NCBI RefSeq assembly: GCF_009914755.1
Contig: NC_060932.1
Strand: one strand, 5' to 3'
DNA length: 64,000 bases
Source of the DNA: the human T2T-CHM13v2.0 reference genome, Homo sapiens
The position numbers were made by a program, and so were the translations under genes. Below are positions 33,100 through 48,389 of this stretch, in pieces. Positions within the stretch are counted from its first letter, which is position 1, and every line of letters starts with the position of its first letter. Under the pieces are notes generated by a model. It had not been told where the DNA came from. It did not search any database and worked only from the letters and a program-made list of their open reading frames with translations.

Positions 33100-33490
33100 G
33101 GCTGATTGATTTCAACTCTCTCAGCCTCAGATTCCTTATCAATAAAATGGGTATAATACAAACTATATTTTATAGTTGTGGTTAAGATGGGAAGAAAATA
33201 CACAAATACTGTAGGTTCAATGCCTGACATATAGAGAATACTCCATAAATGACAATAGTGTTTAATTTTGGTTGGAGAATCTATCAATACATGTTTTTGT
33301 TTTTTTCTGGATTCTCACTTCTTTTCCACCGATGGAAAAGAATTGGCTATCTCTAAGCCAAGACCACACTGTCTTGATTTTGTGAAAAGTTTTGAAATCA
33401 GAAAATGGGAATCTTCTGACTTTCTCCTTCTTTTTCAAGATTGTTTTGGCTACTTGGGAGTTGAATTTTAGGATGAGCTTGTCGCTTTCT
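33100..33490. mobile_element. MIR (~33100-33260) and antisense L1 fragment (~33300-33490)
   Basis: MIR core words; L1 ORF2-like minus ORF (KTILKKKEKV...FSDFKT). Confidence 0.65.
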
Positions 33491-33869
33491 ACTTTGATGT
33501 TTTTCCAAGGACAACTAAAAAATGAAAAAATGAACATCTAGCTCTGTCAGCTGCCAAGATTCAGTGACACAACAATACTACCAAAATTAAATATTCTCAG
33601 ATTTTTTACTAACATGGTCCACTGAAGAATGAAGACAAGAGTCCTGAATGATGAACTTACAGAAGATTCCCTGATAATCTAGCTGTGCATTTTACTCACA
33701 TTTTTCTCCTTTATTTATAGTATGAACAGTCATTCAGCATCTTTCTGACTCTAGCAAATGACTGACGGTAGCAAATTTTCCTTGGTTCATTAATAGGTAT
33801 AGATTAGAAACCAGATTTGAAGACTGTCAACACCAGCCTAGAGCAAAATATCATTGGAGTTTTTATTAA

Positions 33870-34235
<366 letters not shown>

Positions 34236-36074
34236 CCAAAATTATATTCTGTAAAAATTGTTTACTATGTCCTTAGCATTTTCTCAGAATTTTCTATTGT
34301 GTGAAATTATCCTCAACAAGTTTTAGAGGACTTCAGAAGAATGTATAAAGCAGTAAGATTAGTCTAGATTTTTATAGTTACTCATTGTTAATGACTTTCA
34401 TGGTTGAGTCAACTGAATTTGACTCACCCTCATCTATTGTATCAGAGATACTTCACTGATCTTAGAATTGACATATCTTATATTCTGTCCTTGATATATT
34501 CAGTGTATAGTTAGTATTAAAACAATTACAGAGGAATGCATTAATTTGTGGTTTATTTCAAGTTTTTAAAGCAAGTTATTTAAGTGTTCTCATTTACCTT
34601 AATTACCGATAATTTCATTTTATGTACTAGCTGACTTCTTGCAGACCACTTCTCATTTTGATTACTTCAGGGCGTTATTCAATTACCAAGCATTACACTT
34701 GGGATCTCTGATATTTCTCTTGATACATACATAGGTTCTTGATGCTATGGCAGGTGATATTTTTCCCCCTGAAAATGGTGCAGATTTCCTTTACCATTGA
34801 GATTACTCTTCTTAATTAATGTAGGTAAGTTTATAAATTGGAACTGAAAGCATTTGGCCCCTCCTCGAAATGCTTGTTTTGCCATTCTTTACTTGAAGTG
34901 TTCTCTCTCACATTCACACTACTATTAACCAGAGGGCAAAAATCTTTCACTTTTGGCAGGCCATATTTAGACAAATTAATCCTATGAAATATAAAAGGTC
35001 ATTTACTACTCCTGTAATGTTTGTTGAAGAATAAAAATGAAGAGTAATAGATATTCAAACAAAATATAAAAATGGGGACTATCCATTATAAAGATTATAT
35101 TTCCAAATGAGTCTATGATTTTTACAGTAGTATAAATATTAGAATGTTCATATTATTTCCGTGTAATTTTAAGGAGTGAGATTAATAAGTTCATGCTCTT
35201 GAAATTAGTTGAATTGAATACTGTGTAAAAATTTTAATTAAATGTGATAGAATTTTAGAAATAAGAAGTTCCTCAAAGATCATCTAGTCCATGGTACCAG
35301 GGCTTAGATCCTTTTGTGCCTTTATACCCATGACCGACGTCACTAATCAATAGCTGCATTTTCAATGGGAGCTTTGCCAAGTTTCTGAACAAAGTACTCC
35401 AGGGATTCTCTAGCAATAGCTCAGTTGTCACTTGAGATTACACCAATTTGCCATAATTTATCTTAGCCCAATTTTTAAAAAATGTTATAGATGGAGAAAC
35501 TGAAGAACAAATAATTGATTTGTGTAGTGTTGTAAAAATTTACGCCCATAGCTAAAATGAAAACTCAAGTCTCGTTTCTAGCAGTGCTCTATTCTTCGTA
35601 CCTCATCACGCTGAATTACACCCCGATCTTTGCTATTGTATTGCCAATCCCAATTACACACACAGACTTACAAAGTCAGACATGGAAAATGGATATATTT
35701 ATATACATCTATACACCTACTAGGGAGATGGTAAATAATGACTGAAAATCTAAATGCTTGTGAGAGCTTCCTAACATTTAGCGTGAGGCAAAAAAAAAAA
35801 AAAAAGCCCACAACATTCACATTTACAGTTTACACAGCTGTTGGATGAGTGTACTTCCTGGAAAACTTACAAAATTAACGAATGTATACCTCAAAAGGAG
35901 ACTTGTCTTGTATTTCAAGTTATACTGCACACGAAACAATTGCTAATCATCAGCTGTATTATATAAATAGTTCACTTCAATTACATATTTCTGGGCTTCA
36001 TGCTTTTTAAATTTCTTTACCTAAGAAATTTGCAAGTTTCTACCAATGTTATCATAAATAATGAATATGTGTTT

Positions 36075-36420
36075 TTAAATTTATTATCATTTTTTCTTCT
36101 GATATAATTCACATACCACAAAATTTCCCTTTTAAATTGTACAATTCAGTGGTTTTTACTATGTTTGTAAAGCTTTGGTACTATCGCAACTATTTACATT
36201 TGAAAACATCCTTACAACCCTCAAGAACAAACAAAAAAAAAAACCCCATACACATTCGCACCTGTTCCTACCTCCTCCTTACCCCTTTTGCCAGCCTCCG
36301 GTAACCAACTATTCCACTTTCAGTCTCTGTATATTTACTTAGCCTGTAGATTTCATATAAATCTACATAATTCCATGTGGGCTTTTGTACTTGGCTTGTT
36401 TCATTTAGCACAGTTTTTGG
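36075..36420 (-). mobile_element. L1M 3'-end fragment
   Basis: gatataattcacataccacaaaatt...tgtacaattcagtggttttt...ggtaaccaactattccactttc. Confidence 0.7.
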
Positions 36421-37677
36421 GCTTATCTCTTGAAATCCTCCTTTCTAGTTTTATGATTAGCTTAGTACTTCTTTGTGGTCAATATTACCTTTTCTCATGT
36501 AAAATACCGTATCTTTTCATCAAAATGCCATGTGTTTTTAATTTGCTGGCTCTTTTATTTGCTATAATCTCAAATTATACATGTTACAGTTTTATCCATA
36601 TAGTGTGTGATATTGGGAAAAAAGTTGAATATTAAATGGAAAATAGAAAAATAGTAGGAAAAATAGAAAATGTTATCAAGGCCTTCTCAAATCTGTATTT
36701 CTTCTCTGTATTAAAGGAACTATATATGGGATATTATATTTATTATAACAGAAAAGTGTTTATTTTAACTAGTTGGGTTGGATTAGTGTCTCAAGTCACT
36801 TCTCCTTATGAAAATACAATCTCAGCTTTTATAATATTTATATCCTTTCCTTTTTTTCCATAGGATTATAGACATTAAATGAACTGCATATTTGCAGGAA
36901 TGCCTACCAGTCTTAGCAGCAAATCTGAACTTTGATGAAAAATATAGGGTTAAAGCAGCTTACTGTCATTAATGGTTTATGTAGGGGTACATTTAGTATG
37001 TACTTAAAGGAGCATTTAAAGTTAGCAATGCTAATAATCCCTCTTGTTTTTATAGAATTAAACACAAATTGTATGCTCAAATTCCCATCTAAATATGAAA
37101 ATATAATCCCATTTTAAAATAAAAATGGAATCAATCTAAATTATACTGTTCTTTCTTCTCTATTTGAAAATGTTCAGTGAACTTTGCCCATGATTCTACA
37201 AGTCTAAACTAAAATCGAATCAATATATTAAATCTCTGTATGCAAATAAAACATGAAATAGCATCTGCTTATACAACAAAAACATTATTACAACAGTGTT
37301 GTGTGGTCCTGGATTTTGGCTCATTGATTTGGCTTCTTGCTCACTCTGATATACACATCTACTGACATTAAGATTTATTACTCATTTTTTAATTAAATTG
37401 TTGAAGGATGATGGAGAAGTCATGATTTTGAGAATAATGATCATGTTTTATTCTCTTATTTGGCTAATTTCAGGATAGTTTAAAAATTTTTTAGAGATAA
37501 AATCCTAATTGAAACTTACTAAAGTTGTAAAGACATTTATATCTTTTTATATTAATCCCAGAAGTATATTTCATATAATCAGCATTTTTTATAGCTTTTC
37601 TTTGTTACAGCTATATAGGCTTTCAACAAGCTTATTACTCATAAATTACAGTCACTTGAAGCTGTAACAGATTAAGT

Positions 37678-38004
37678 CAGGGGTCCTCAGTCCCTCAGCC
37701 ACAGACCAGTACCAGTCCTTGGCCTATTAGGAACCAGGCCACACAGCAGGAGGTGAGTGACAAGCCAGCATTATGACCTGGGCTCCTCCTCCTAGATTCT
37801 CATAGGAGCAAGAATCCTATTGTGAACTGTGCACCTGAGGGATCTAGGTTGTGTACTCCTTATGAGAATCTAATGCCTGATGATCTGAGGTGCAACAGTT
37901 TCATCCTGAAACCATCCTCCTGCATCCCCACCATCCGTGGGAAAATTGTCTTCCATGAAACAAGTCCCATCGTGCCAAAAAGCACTGGATTAAGGGGACC
38001 ACTG
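37678..38004 (+). mobile_element. MER1B hAT-Charlie MITE
   Basis: caggggtcc...ggggaccactg termini; perfect 8-bp TSD gattaagt (37670-37677, 38005-38012). Confidence 0.9.
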
Positions 38005-39219
38005 GATTAAGTAATTATATAATTGTAGAAAGGTCTATATTTACTATCAAAGGCAACTAGGTGCCTGTTCTATGTTAAAATACTTTAATGCATGAAAATT
38101 CTCAAGCTCATTTAATGATGTGTTCATATGGAATAATAGTCTTGCCATATTGTCATAGCTACTATAACTCTCAATATACCTAAATGGAGAGATTGGAGGG
38201 ACCTATGGATAAAAGAATTAGCAATCTCTTTGCTCACTGTTGGCTCTTAAAAACTGCCACTTCACTGATGTTGTCCTTGGAGCCCCCAGTGTGTACCTAA
38301 TAAGATTCAGACTCTGAGATTTCATTCTTCCAATTCCCCTTTCATCCTGTTATCCTTTCCTGTTCTAATTCTTCTGTAGTCACACAATCTCTTTGTCATC
38401 CAAATTCAGTAAGCACCCCTTTTCTGCAAGGCATTATGAAACACTGAGAAAGAGGAAAAAAGAGTGAGACATGGTCTCTGTCAATAGGGATTCCTGATTT
38501 TTTAAGGATATAGATATGTTTAAATATCTTTAACATCTTGAAGACAAATGAATACTATCATACAACTGGATTTTCCTTCCAGCTGTGCTACTTAATGACA
38601 TTGTAACCTTGAGTAAGATATCCAACCTCTGAAAGCCTTCATCTCCTCATTTGTAAATGGGATAATTTATTACGCAAACAGCTTAGTCCAGGGCTTAACA
38701 GGATTCTACAAATTGTTGGTCATGGTTAGCTTCTGTTATTTAAATGGCATTTATCCATATTTCTATGAAATCAAAAGAGTCCTATAACATGCCTTGAAAC
38801 ATTCCTGCCTCTGTGTTGTATTAAACCTCTGCACTGTGTGATAACCAATATTTGTATTGCATGTACCTGGAAATACAGAAACATATAAATGATAGAGGAG
38901 ATTCACAGGTTTAACTCCTCCATAGTTTTCCTCATGCATTCATATTTCTCTCTACCTATGCAATTCCGTTCTCCACCTTGTTATTGCCTTTACCCACAAG
39001 AAATTTCCTACAAACACCATAAAGTATTCAACAAACATACAGTAAGGTTTTTCTGTGTTCTAGTTCAAGGGGATGCAGAAATGAGTAAATTGAAGTTCCT
39101 GTCCTTATAGTCTCAGCGGGAGAAATAGAAGCAAACCACCCTTAACAATGAAATGACAAAGCTGTCAGCCAAAGTGGAGCCTGAAATAAAGGCTATGCAC
39201 AGTTATTTTACTTGGAGAT

Positions 39220-39611
39220 TGTTACAAGAAAAGCTTGGGACTGTACCACTCCCTCCCCAAACTGGGAAAGTGCCAAGGGACCAAACATTGAGTCCAGCTT
39301 GACGAGTAGATGAGTTTATTAGGACTTACATACAGGGCATTCCTGGATGGCAGCAGGACAGTGCTAGAGATCCATGCCACCTCTCACTTCTAAGCTGCCT
39401 TTAAGCTAATTTTCTGGCTCTTTGCCTGCCGTTTATGTATAATGGAACTGTTTTCCTTGGTATGTTTCCAGATAGCCTCTGGGATGCTTGAGTTCTTAGG
39501 GACGCTTGATCCTCGGCTGGGTAGCATGGCCTTGGCTTACCACTGACCTTCAGGGTTCATGCAGTGACAATATACCCTTAACTAACCTGGTGGGGGACCT
39601 GTCACACTACC
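39220..39611 (-). mobile_element. ERVL LTR (LTR47-like) inserted in an older MLT1-type LTR (~39160-40130)
   Basis: gagtttattaggacttacatacagggca (antisense AATAAA region)...tgggggacctgtcacactac. Confidence 0.55.
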
Positions 39612-39766
39612 AGAATGATTATAGGGAAGGAGTGAGGGGCAGCAGGAATGAAACAGAGAAAAGGCACATCCTTTACAAGGATGTTTGTAAATCTACAACC
39701 AACCAGCCATAATAGCAGTTTCATTCAGTTGGTCTCAACTATTGGAGACTGGCACATGATCCCATC

Positions 39767-39969
39767 CAGGGTGACCAATCTTTGGGCTTCCCCATACCAC
39801 ATTGAAAGAAGAATTCTCTTGAGCCACACATAAAATACAGTAACACAAACGATAGGTAATTACCCCCCCCAAAAAAAGGTACGTGCATAAACTTTAAGAA
39901 AGTTTACGAATTTATGTTGGGCTGCATTCAAAATTGATGCAGCCTGCGGGCCACTGGTTACACAAGCTT
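39767..39969 (+). mobile_element. MER30 hAT MITE
   Basis: ccaatctttgggcttccc...ttatgttgggctgcattcaaa...gcagcctgcgggcca. Confidence 0.8.
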
Positions 39970-40135
39970 TCATTAGGCCTTCTGAGGCACTTTATGAAAT
40001 GTGTCTCAGAACTGATACCTCCATTTGGCCATTGGCTCCTCTTTCTTATTGGTCCTTTTCACTATTGGTCAAGGGTAGACCCAAGGCCTTAACTGCTCTG
40101 CTCTTTAAGGTTGTACATGGTTGAGTGACTAGCTA

Positions 40136-40214
40136 TTAGGTTGGTGCAAAAGTTATTGTGGTTTCTGCAATTAAAGTAATAGCAAAAACCACAATTACTT
40201 TTGCAGCAAACGAA
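40136..40214. mobile_element. MADE1 mariner MITE (hairpin)
   Basis: ttaggttggtgcaaaagttattgtggttt...aaaaccacaattacttttgcagcaaacgaa, ~80 bp near-palindrome flanked by TA on both sides. Confidence 0.92.
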
Positions 40215-40483
40215 TAGCTGCTCTTCTAGGTAACTCAAACTACTGGGGTTAGAAATGAGAAGCATGTTACAATATTCCAACCTCCCTTGCCTCTGATTCT
40301 TTCCTCAATGCTATGGCAAGGCATTTCTGAAATCTTCATCTCATTTACAGTAGACTATTGTTGTGTCCAAGCTTCAGGGAATCAGGTCAAGAGTTTTTAT
40401 ACCAGGTCCAGGTAGCTTTACCAAGCTGTTCCACCACAAGTCATGGGTAAGTGCTAGTAAGTCAATAAATAGTATTCAGCCCT

Positions 40484-40782
40484 TTGTTTTTTTTTTTTCT
40501 TTGAGACAGTCTTGCTCTATCGCCCATGCTGGAGTGCAGTGGTGCTATCTTGGCTCACTGCAACCTCTGCCTCCCGGGTTCAAGCAATTCTTGTGCCTAA
40601 GCCTCCCAGGTAGCTGGCATTACAGGCCTGCGCCAGCACACATGTCTAAATTTTATATTTTTTGTAGAGAAAGGGTTTCGCCATGTTGGCCAGGTTGGTC
40701 TTGAACTCCCGAACTCAGGTGATCCACCCGCCTTGGCCTCCCAAAGTGCTGAGATCACCGGTATGAGCCACCATGCCCAGCC
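40484..40782 (-). mobile_element. Alu
   Basis: TSD tattcagcc(c/t)tt. Confidence 0.95.
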
Positions 40783-41089
40783 TATTCAGCCTTTTTTTTT
40801 TTTTTCACCTTGAGACAGTAGTCACGATCCACTCCCACATGTGTTCCACTGACCAGATTGAGAATACTTTGGTGGGTAAGCTATTCCTCCCAAGATAGGG
40901 GCTGTTTCCCTACTCCATCTCTACAGAAATCCAATCCAGGAGACAGGATTGGAGGCAGTGAGGAGGAAAAGCATCATCTTGTGAAGCTCTGGCTTCACTC
41001 AGGGCTTTTGTGATATCTCCAGGCAAAAGGAAGCTCCTTTTCTCTAGTGAGGAATTTACCTCTGACAGGCTCAAGAATTTTGATGGTAT

Positions 41090-41600
41090 AAATTCTCAAG
41101 CTTGTCTACACAAATGTGCTATGTCAGTCCTTAAGTGCAGATGGTTTATTTGAGAAGTGATTTCAAGGAGCAGAGAGAGGCGCAGTGGGAGTAAAAAGGG
41201 AGAAATTGAAAACCAATGCAAAGATGCATCGTTAAGTAAGGTGTCACAGGAGACTGATGCTCAATCCTGTAAGACTCAGAACTATACCAGCTCCAGCACC
41301 TTTTCCAGGCTGTTCCATCACAAGTCATGGGTAAGTGCTACTAAGTCAATAAAGCATCTGCCAGCATGATGCCATAGGAAAGTTTCTTTCCATTTGTTCT
41401 CCTCTCCTAATGGTCAATGGTTGCATGATGGCATTAATCCACTGCACCAGTGAGTGAGATCGTCTGAGTTGAGGTATTGCCCAATGCATCTGTGTAAAGC
41501 CTGAAGGAAGTGGTCACCAAAAATATGGCTGAAGAAAGGCAGGGGAGTGAGGGTGTAAGATGAGAAGCGGCACAGGGATCTCTGAGAGCGCTATAATGGA
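41090..41600. mobile_element. Old MaLR LTR (MLT1H/J/K-like)
   Basis: gtgcagatggtttatttgagaagtgatttcaaggagca...aaaccaatgcaaagatgc. Confidence 0.5.
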
Positions 41601-41886
41601 GGTATATACCATTTCCCACTATGTGATGTACATTTTGCAGTATCCTTTGTGTTTTTACTTTCTCCTTACATGGTTTTCATAGGAGTTTGATTTGTCTTCC
41701 AAAAATGCATAACCTCTTTGAGGACCAACACTATTTATTCTGCTTATTCCAAATTCTAAGATCACCCATCAAGGTATTGTGTTTTCTAATAATAGCATGT
41801 TAAATAATTTTTGCTTAAATAATAAATGCCTTGCCGACTTTCCAAATATTTCACTTCCCAAATAATTGGCTTAAAAATCCTTTAAA

Positions 41887-42022
<136 letters not shown>

Positions 42023-42067
42023 AGTTCTTAGGAGAGGAAATGAGATAAATTAGAAAGTAAAAATAGA

Positions 42068-42364
<297 letters not shown>

Positions 42365-43059
42365 TAGAAATCAGAATGTGTTTGGTTTGCATTTGATTTA
42401 GATGCATTTTTTTATACTAAACTAGCCCACAATCCTAATACCGTTTTTTTGCATATGTTAACGGTTGTGATCATACTGCATATTTTGTTTTGAATTCTTA
42501 AAAATACAAATATTAAATAGGAGTTAATTTGCAGTTTTTAAAAATAATAAGCCTATTTATATAATATATTTCAATATATCTACAAACCAACCAGCCATAA
42601 TAGCAGTGAATAATTTGGGATAATTCATAGACTTAATTTTCACTCACCATGTCTAATGGAAAGGAATTGTGATGTAAATAATTCCTAAATTCATTTACCT
42701 TTGAGTTTGGAATAGTGTGAACTTATAACAGTAATAACGTCTTACATTTCCATAAACTCAGAGGCTTTGCGTAAATTGATATTAAAGCCTATATTTTTTT
42801 CTTAAATAAATAATAGACCATGTGGAAATGATATCCAATATTAATATTTGGAGGAAGTTTATTTGAGATTTAAAGTCTCAAAGAGCGTAATTGGTGCTTG
42901 GATAATTGTGACCATGTGTGACTTCCTTGTTCCTTTTATATTTTGCAGGTAGCTAAAGATAAAAAAAGACCCAATGGAGAACCTATTTTTAGACACCCAA
43001 ACCTAAAGTTCATGCTCTGGTAAAACTCTTTTCACTGTCGTTCTCTCATGAGCGCATAG

Positions 43060-43906
43060 TGAAGTTTTGCAGACACCCTATAATATGTGATATTACAACA
43101 GATTAAATATAGAAAGAGATCCCAGAATACAGTTGTCTTTTATTAAGCCAGACATTGGCAAAAATGTAAAACACTGTCACTCTTCTGTAACAGTGAAATG
43201 GTAAAAGACTAACACAGTTAACTAAATTTTAGACTAAAAGGGGGCCTCTGGCCTCTGCTCATGCTTGCCCAGACGTTAGAATAATTTTAGAACACTGAAA
43301 GATAACAAAGGAACAAAAGCCTGCAACTGTTGAGACTAACTCTCAAGGTAAAAGGGAAAGTATGTATACTAGGTTTTCTTAAAGATGTAAAGGTACAAGG
43401 AGACCATTAACCAGAAACAAAGAGATTTCACAACTTTTCCTATACTCCCTGCTGGTGCCCACGTATATATGCCTTTCTTGGCCACTTCTTGATCTCTATC
43501 CCCTTCTTTTCCTCTATACCTAAGTAAAACTGTACAAAGCCTACAAACACTATGATAGTACTTCAGGATGCTAGTGCCGTCTTTCTGGTTTGCTGGCTCT
43601 CTGAGACAAAGTTTCTTTTCTTGCTCCAGCTCCTTGTTTCTTGACTTTATTGGCTGTGGTAAGGTGAGTAGAACAAGTTTGGATTCTGTTAAATTCTAAC
43701 AAGCTTGTTTTAAATAAAAATGTTACTTATGTTAAGCAATAGTCCTACTATTATTTTTAAATAAGTTGCTTCAATGTTCTCAGTTTTAATGTATAATATG
43801 GCAAATACTGATAGGTATGTCTCACATAAACAAAAGCTCTTTGGCTCCTCATTAATTTTCAAGAGTGTAAAGTGGTCCTGAGAACAAAAAAGTTTGAGAA
43901 CTGCTG
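43060..43906. mobile_element. hAT-Charlie element (MER119-like) split by an LTR-like insert (~43186-43692)
   Basis: Ends ...aaacaaaagctctttgg...gagtgtaaagtggtcctgag...gtttgagaactgctg; insert starts tgtaaca. Confidence 0.55.
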
Positions 43907-44295
43907 TAGTAGATCACTCATTTTCCCGTGACAGGGCTAGGCAGATAATCCAGAAAGACAGAGCTCATGGTGGTTGGAGGATTCTTTGAAGACTTTTGGA
44001 GAAACAGAGACTTGCTCTGGGTCTCCAGTGATAAAGGGGATGTTAGCAATGTAGAATGGAAATGACCTCTAAGTCAGGAAGCCAGCAACAGCAGAGACAC
44101 AGGTGCAAAAGTGTGTGCTGGGGTAAAGAGCCTGATCGGTTTGGCCGTAATGGGGGAAAAAGTAGTCACAAAGTACGTAGGAAAAGAAACAAGAGGCAGG
44201 CTGGGAAGACAAAAACTGGGAAGCAGAACTGGTGTTTAAATTTAATTATTTTGGCTGTAGGGAGACAGTGAGGGTTTTCAAGCAGGTGGTAGTAG

Positions 44296-44623
<328 letters not shown>

Positions 44624-44695
44624 TAGGGAAATTCATCTTGATAATGATTACATTCTATACAGAGGGAAACTAGTAAAGATTTTCTCGTAGGAGTG

Positions 44696-45056
44696 TGATA
44701 TGATTTTGCTGTGTCCCTACCCAAATCGCATCTTGAACTGTAGCTCCAACAATTCCCACACATTGTGGGAGGGACCCAGTGGGAGATAATTGAATGGTGG
44801 GGGCAGGTTTCCCCCATACTGTTCTCCTGGTGGTGAATAAGTCTCAGGAGATCTTATCGTTTTATAATGGGTTTCCCCTTTCTCTTGGCTCTCATTCTCT
44901 CGTCTGCCGCCATGTAAAATGTGCCTTTCGCCTTCTGCCATGATTGTGAGGCCTCTCCAGTTACGTGGAACTGTGAGTCCATTGAACCTCTTTTTCTTTA
45001 TAAGTTACCCAGTCTCAGGTATGTGTTCATCAGCAGCATGATAACAGACTAATACA
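44696..45056 (+). mobile_element. THE1 (MaLR) solo LTR
   Basis: tgatatgattttgctgtgtccctacccaaatc...gactaataca; flanked by gagt(g/c). Confidence 0.9.
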
Positions 45057-45507
45057 GAGTCCCCATATAAAATGATAAGGACCGGTACTAAAGTTGCTTC
45101 GTTTGAAGTCTCAGTGTTGAGGGAGACTAGGGGTGGCTTTCAGAAAAACAGCCCCCTGCAAGGATTAGAAGAAAAGATAAAGTACCCATAATGATTAGAA
45201 ATCACCATTTGATGTTGAAGAGGTTTCTAGATCATAAATACTAAAGGATAAAGGATTAAGTGTATTTTTTGTCATATTCAAATTTTGTTGTGAATTCATA
45301 GCAAAGTACATGAAAAATAGAAAAGTTTGAATAATTGATTAATCAGAATTCTTCGTTTTCAACCATGCCAGGTAACAAAAAGTTTACTATAATTTGCATA
45401 TTGGCGTGCACTGCTTAGCTGTCCCACTTAAAAGAAAACAATAGTTCTTGTTGATTTAAATTGTTACTTCACACATTATGAATTCTTTTCTATGTGCAGC
45501 TTGAATG

Positions 45508-45997
45508 CTTATTTATTTATTTATTTAGAGACAGAGTCTCACTCTGTCACCCAGGCTGGAGTATAGTGGAACAATCTTGGCTCACTACAACCTCCGCCTC
45601 CCAGGTTTAAGTGATTCTTCTTCCTCCACCTCCCTAGTAGCTGGGATTACAGGTGCCCGGCACCACACCCAGCTAATTTTTATATTTTTAGTAGAGATGG
45701 GGTTTTGCTATGCTGTCCAGGCTGGTCTCAAACTCCTGACCGTACGTGATCCACCTGCCCCGGCCTCCCAAAGTGCTGGGATTACAGATGTGAGTCACTG
45801 TGCCCGGCCTTGAATATTTCTTTTTAAAAAATATTTTTGTATTTATAAAATTAATTTGAACTTTGATTTTTATTTTTTTGAGAGCTATGGTCTTACTGTG
45901 TTGACCAGGCTGTTCTGAAATGCCTGGCCTCAAGGGAACCTCCCATGTTGGCCTCCCAAAGTCCTAGGATTATAGGAGTGAGCCACTGCACCAGGCC
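45508..45997 (-). mobile_element. Alu (45508-45809) plus FLAM/left monomer (45865-45997)
   Basis: Outer flanks cagcttgaatgctt / cagctcgaatactt. Confidence 0.9.
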
Positions 45998-48081
45998 TAC
46001 AGCTCGAATACTTGTGAAGCTCACTTTATTTTCAGTGGGAAAGGCACTGTATACAGTAACTAAGCACTAGTTACTGATTATCAATAGACAAAATAAGCTC
46101 TTCACTTAAAATGCTTTTTCTGTCATTTTTAAACATTCCGTATACATTCTCCTCTTCCTCTAGCCATATTCACTTATATACACTTTTTAATGAGTAAAAC
46201 AATTTTCTTTTAGTAATAAAACCAATATAGATGAAATTCCATTAGCTAATAATTTGGTGTACTTTAAATAGAGCTTCTTGGTAAGTCCTGGTTTTAGCAC
46301 AGATAAATATTCTTTGACATATTTCCTTATAAAGAATTTAGTCCCTGAAATAGATGATGAACTCTTACAGGAAACCAGCTGGATTTGTTGTAATCCTTTA
46401 CCAATAAAACATAATGATTAATTATAATTTCAATTAAGCACAATTTTGGTACTATAAAAAATACTCAGCTCAGCATTTGTGGTGTTTGAAAAAAAAACTA
46501 TCCATCATTTCTTTCCTTGGAAATGACAAGGTTAAAATTAAAATGAACATTTGTTCAGTGAAACAAAATTACTGGCATGCAAGTGATTACCTCATTTGAT
46601 GAGTTCAGGAAATGAATTAGGAAGAAAGCTGTGTATTTGAAGATTCAGTATATAGTTTACTCATTAATTTTAAAAGTTCGATATAAACTTTTTATATAAT
46701 TCAAAAGAGAATAATTGAAAGGAAGCCAAGTAAGTTGAATCGGTCAATTGTACCCTAACAAATTACAGCATTTTTAAACCATGAGAACCACAACTTCAAA
46801 TATACTGTGAAGTATTCTGCAGCAAACTCATGTCTGTCCAAGTTCACACAATTTGTTTGACCTAACAAGGATAGCAAAATTATCTCTGCTTTTCACCTGG
46901 CTTCACGGCTACCTTTCCAGTGTTTTCCTGGCTTCTGTAGAACACTTCTTCACTTGTTTCCAGAATCTCAGAGATACTCCCTGCATACTCCTGTGACCCT
47001 CTTGGATTCTTTCTTTAATTTTTTTAAAATTGCTACAGATTGCCTGAATTAAATAGCTTCAAACATTTGTCCATATCCCTACCTTCCCTCTGTATAATTT
47101 CATTAAGATACCTTGAATTTTCTTAGTGAGTCTAGGAAAACTCTGAATGCATTATGCCAAAAAGCAGTCAGACTTTGAACTTTGACCTCAGAGCATCTGA
47201 TATATCAGAATTTAGACAATAATGACCTTTACCTTACTCTTTCATTACTCCTTTCTCACCGCAGTTAATAACCAATGAACAGTTCTTTGAAATTTTATTT
47301 CTTAGCCCTACCACCTACTCCACTGACCTTTCCTGATACATAGAACATGCTAAACAAGTAAGTGACATACTGTTTGCTTGAGATAACCAAATGTTCAATA
47401 TAACCAAATCATATGCTGTTTTTTTCTTTAAATATCCGAAGCACAAACACAAGTTCTAAAATGCAATCGCACAGGTGCATGCTGTTCAGTACCATAATTC
47501 CATTTAGTAAATCTTTTACTAAGCAATTCCCTAATACTGTGTTTCAGATATAAATTTACATTGGCTTTGATAGAAATTCTAGGGCAGAAATCAAACAATA
47601 ATGAAAAGATCATATGCAAAGGCTTTTGATAAATGCTATTAAATTATATGAAAAAAGGGCAAAGTTTTTAATATGGAAAATGGCATTAAGTTGAGGTTTA
47701 TCAATATTATTACAATACTTTAATTACTGTTGATTACATAGACATAGCAATTTGAAATTTCACTGAAGATACAGTTTAAAAATAATTGAATGAAATGTAT
47801 CGTAATATACAAAATCAGTTTCACTTTAGAATATTTTTAGAAAACAGTCATTATAGAAAATTTGCTTTAAATAGCCAACTGTTTGAAAAATACTAACATT
47901 ACTTAGATGTACTATCTAACGTATCAATATGTTTAGAAAAATGGCTAGGATTAAATATAAATGCCTAATATTTCCAGCCATTGGTTTTCAAGCTGTGTTA
48001 TTGGAGCATTTAGGGATTTTCCTCTTATAATGTCTTCTGTAGAATACAGGTTGCCATATGTATAGTAATTCTGTGAAAAAG

Positions 48082-48389
<308 letters not shown>

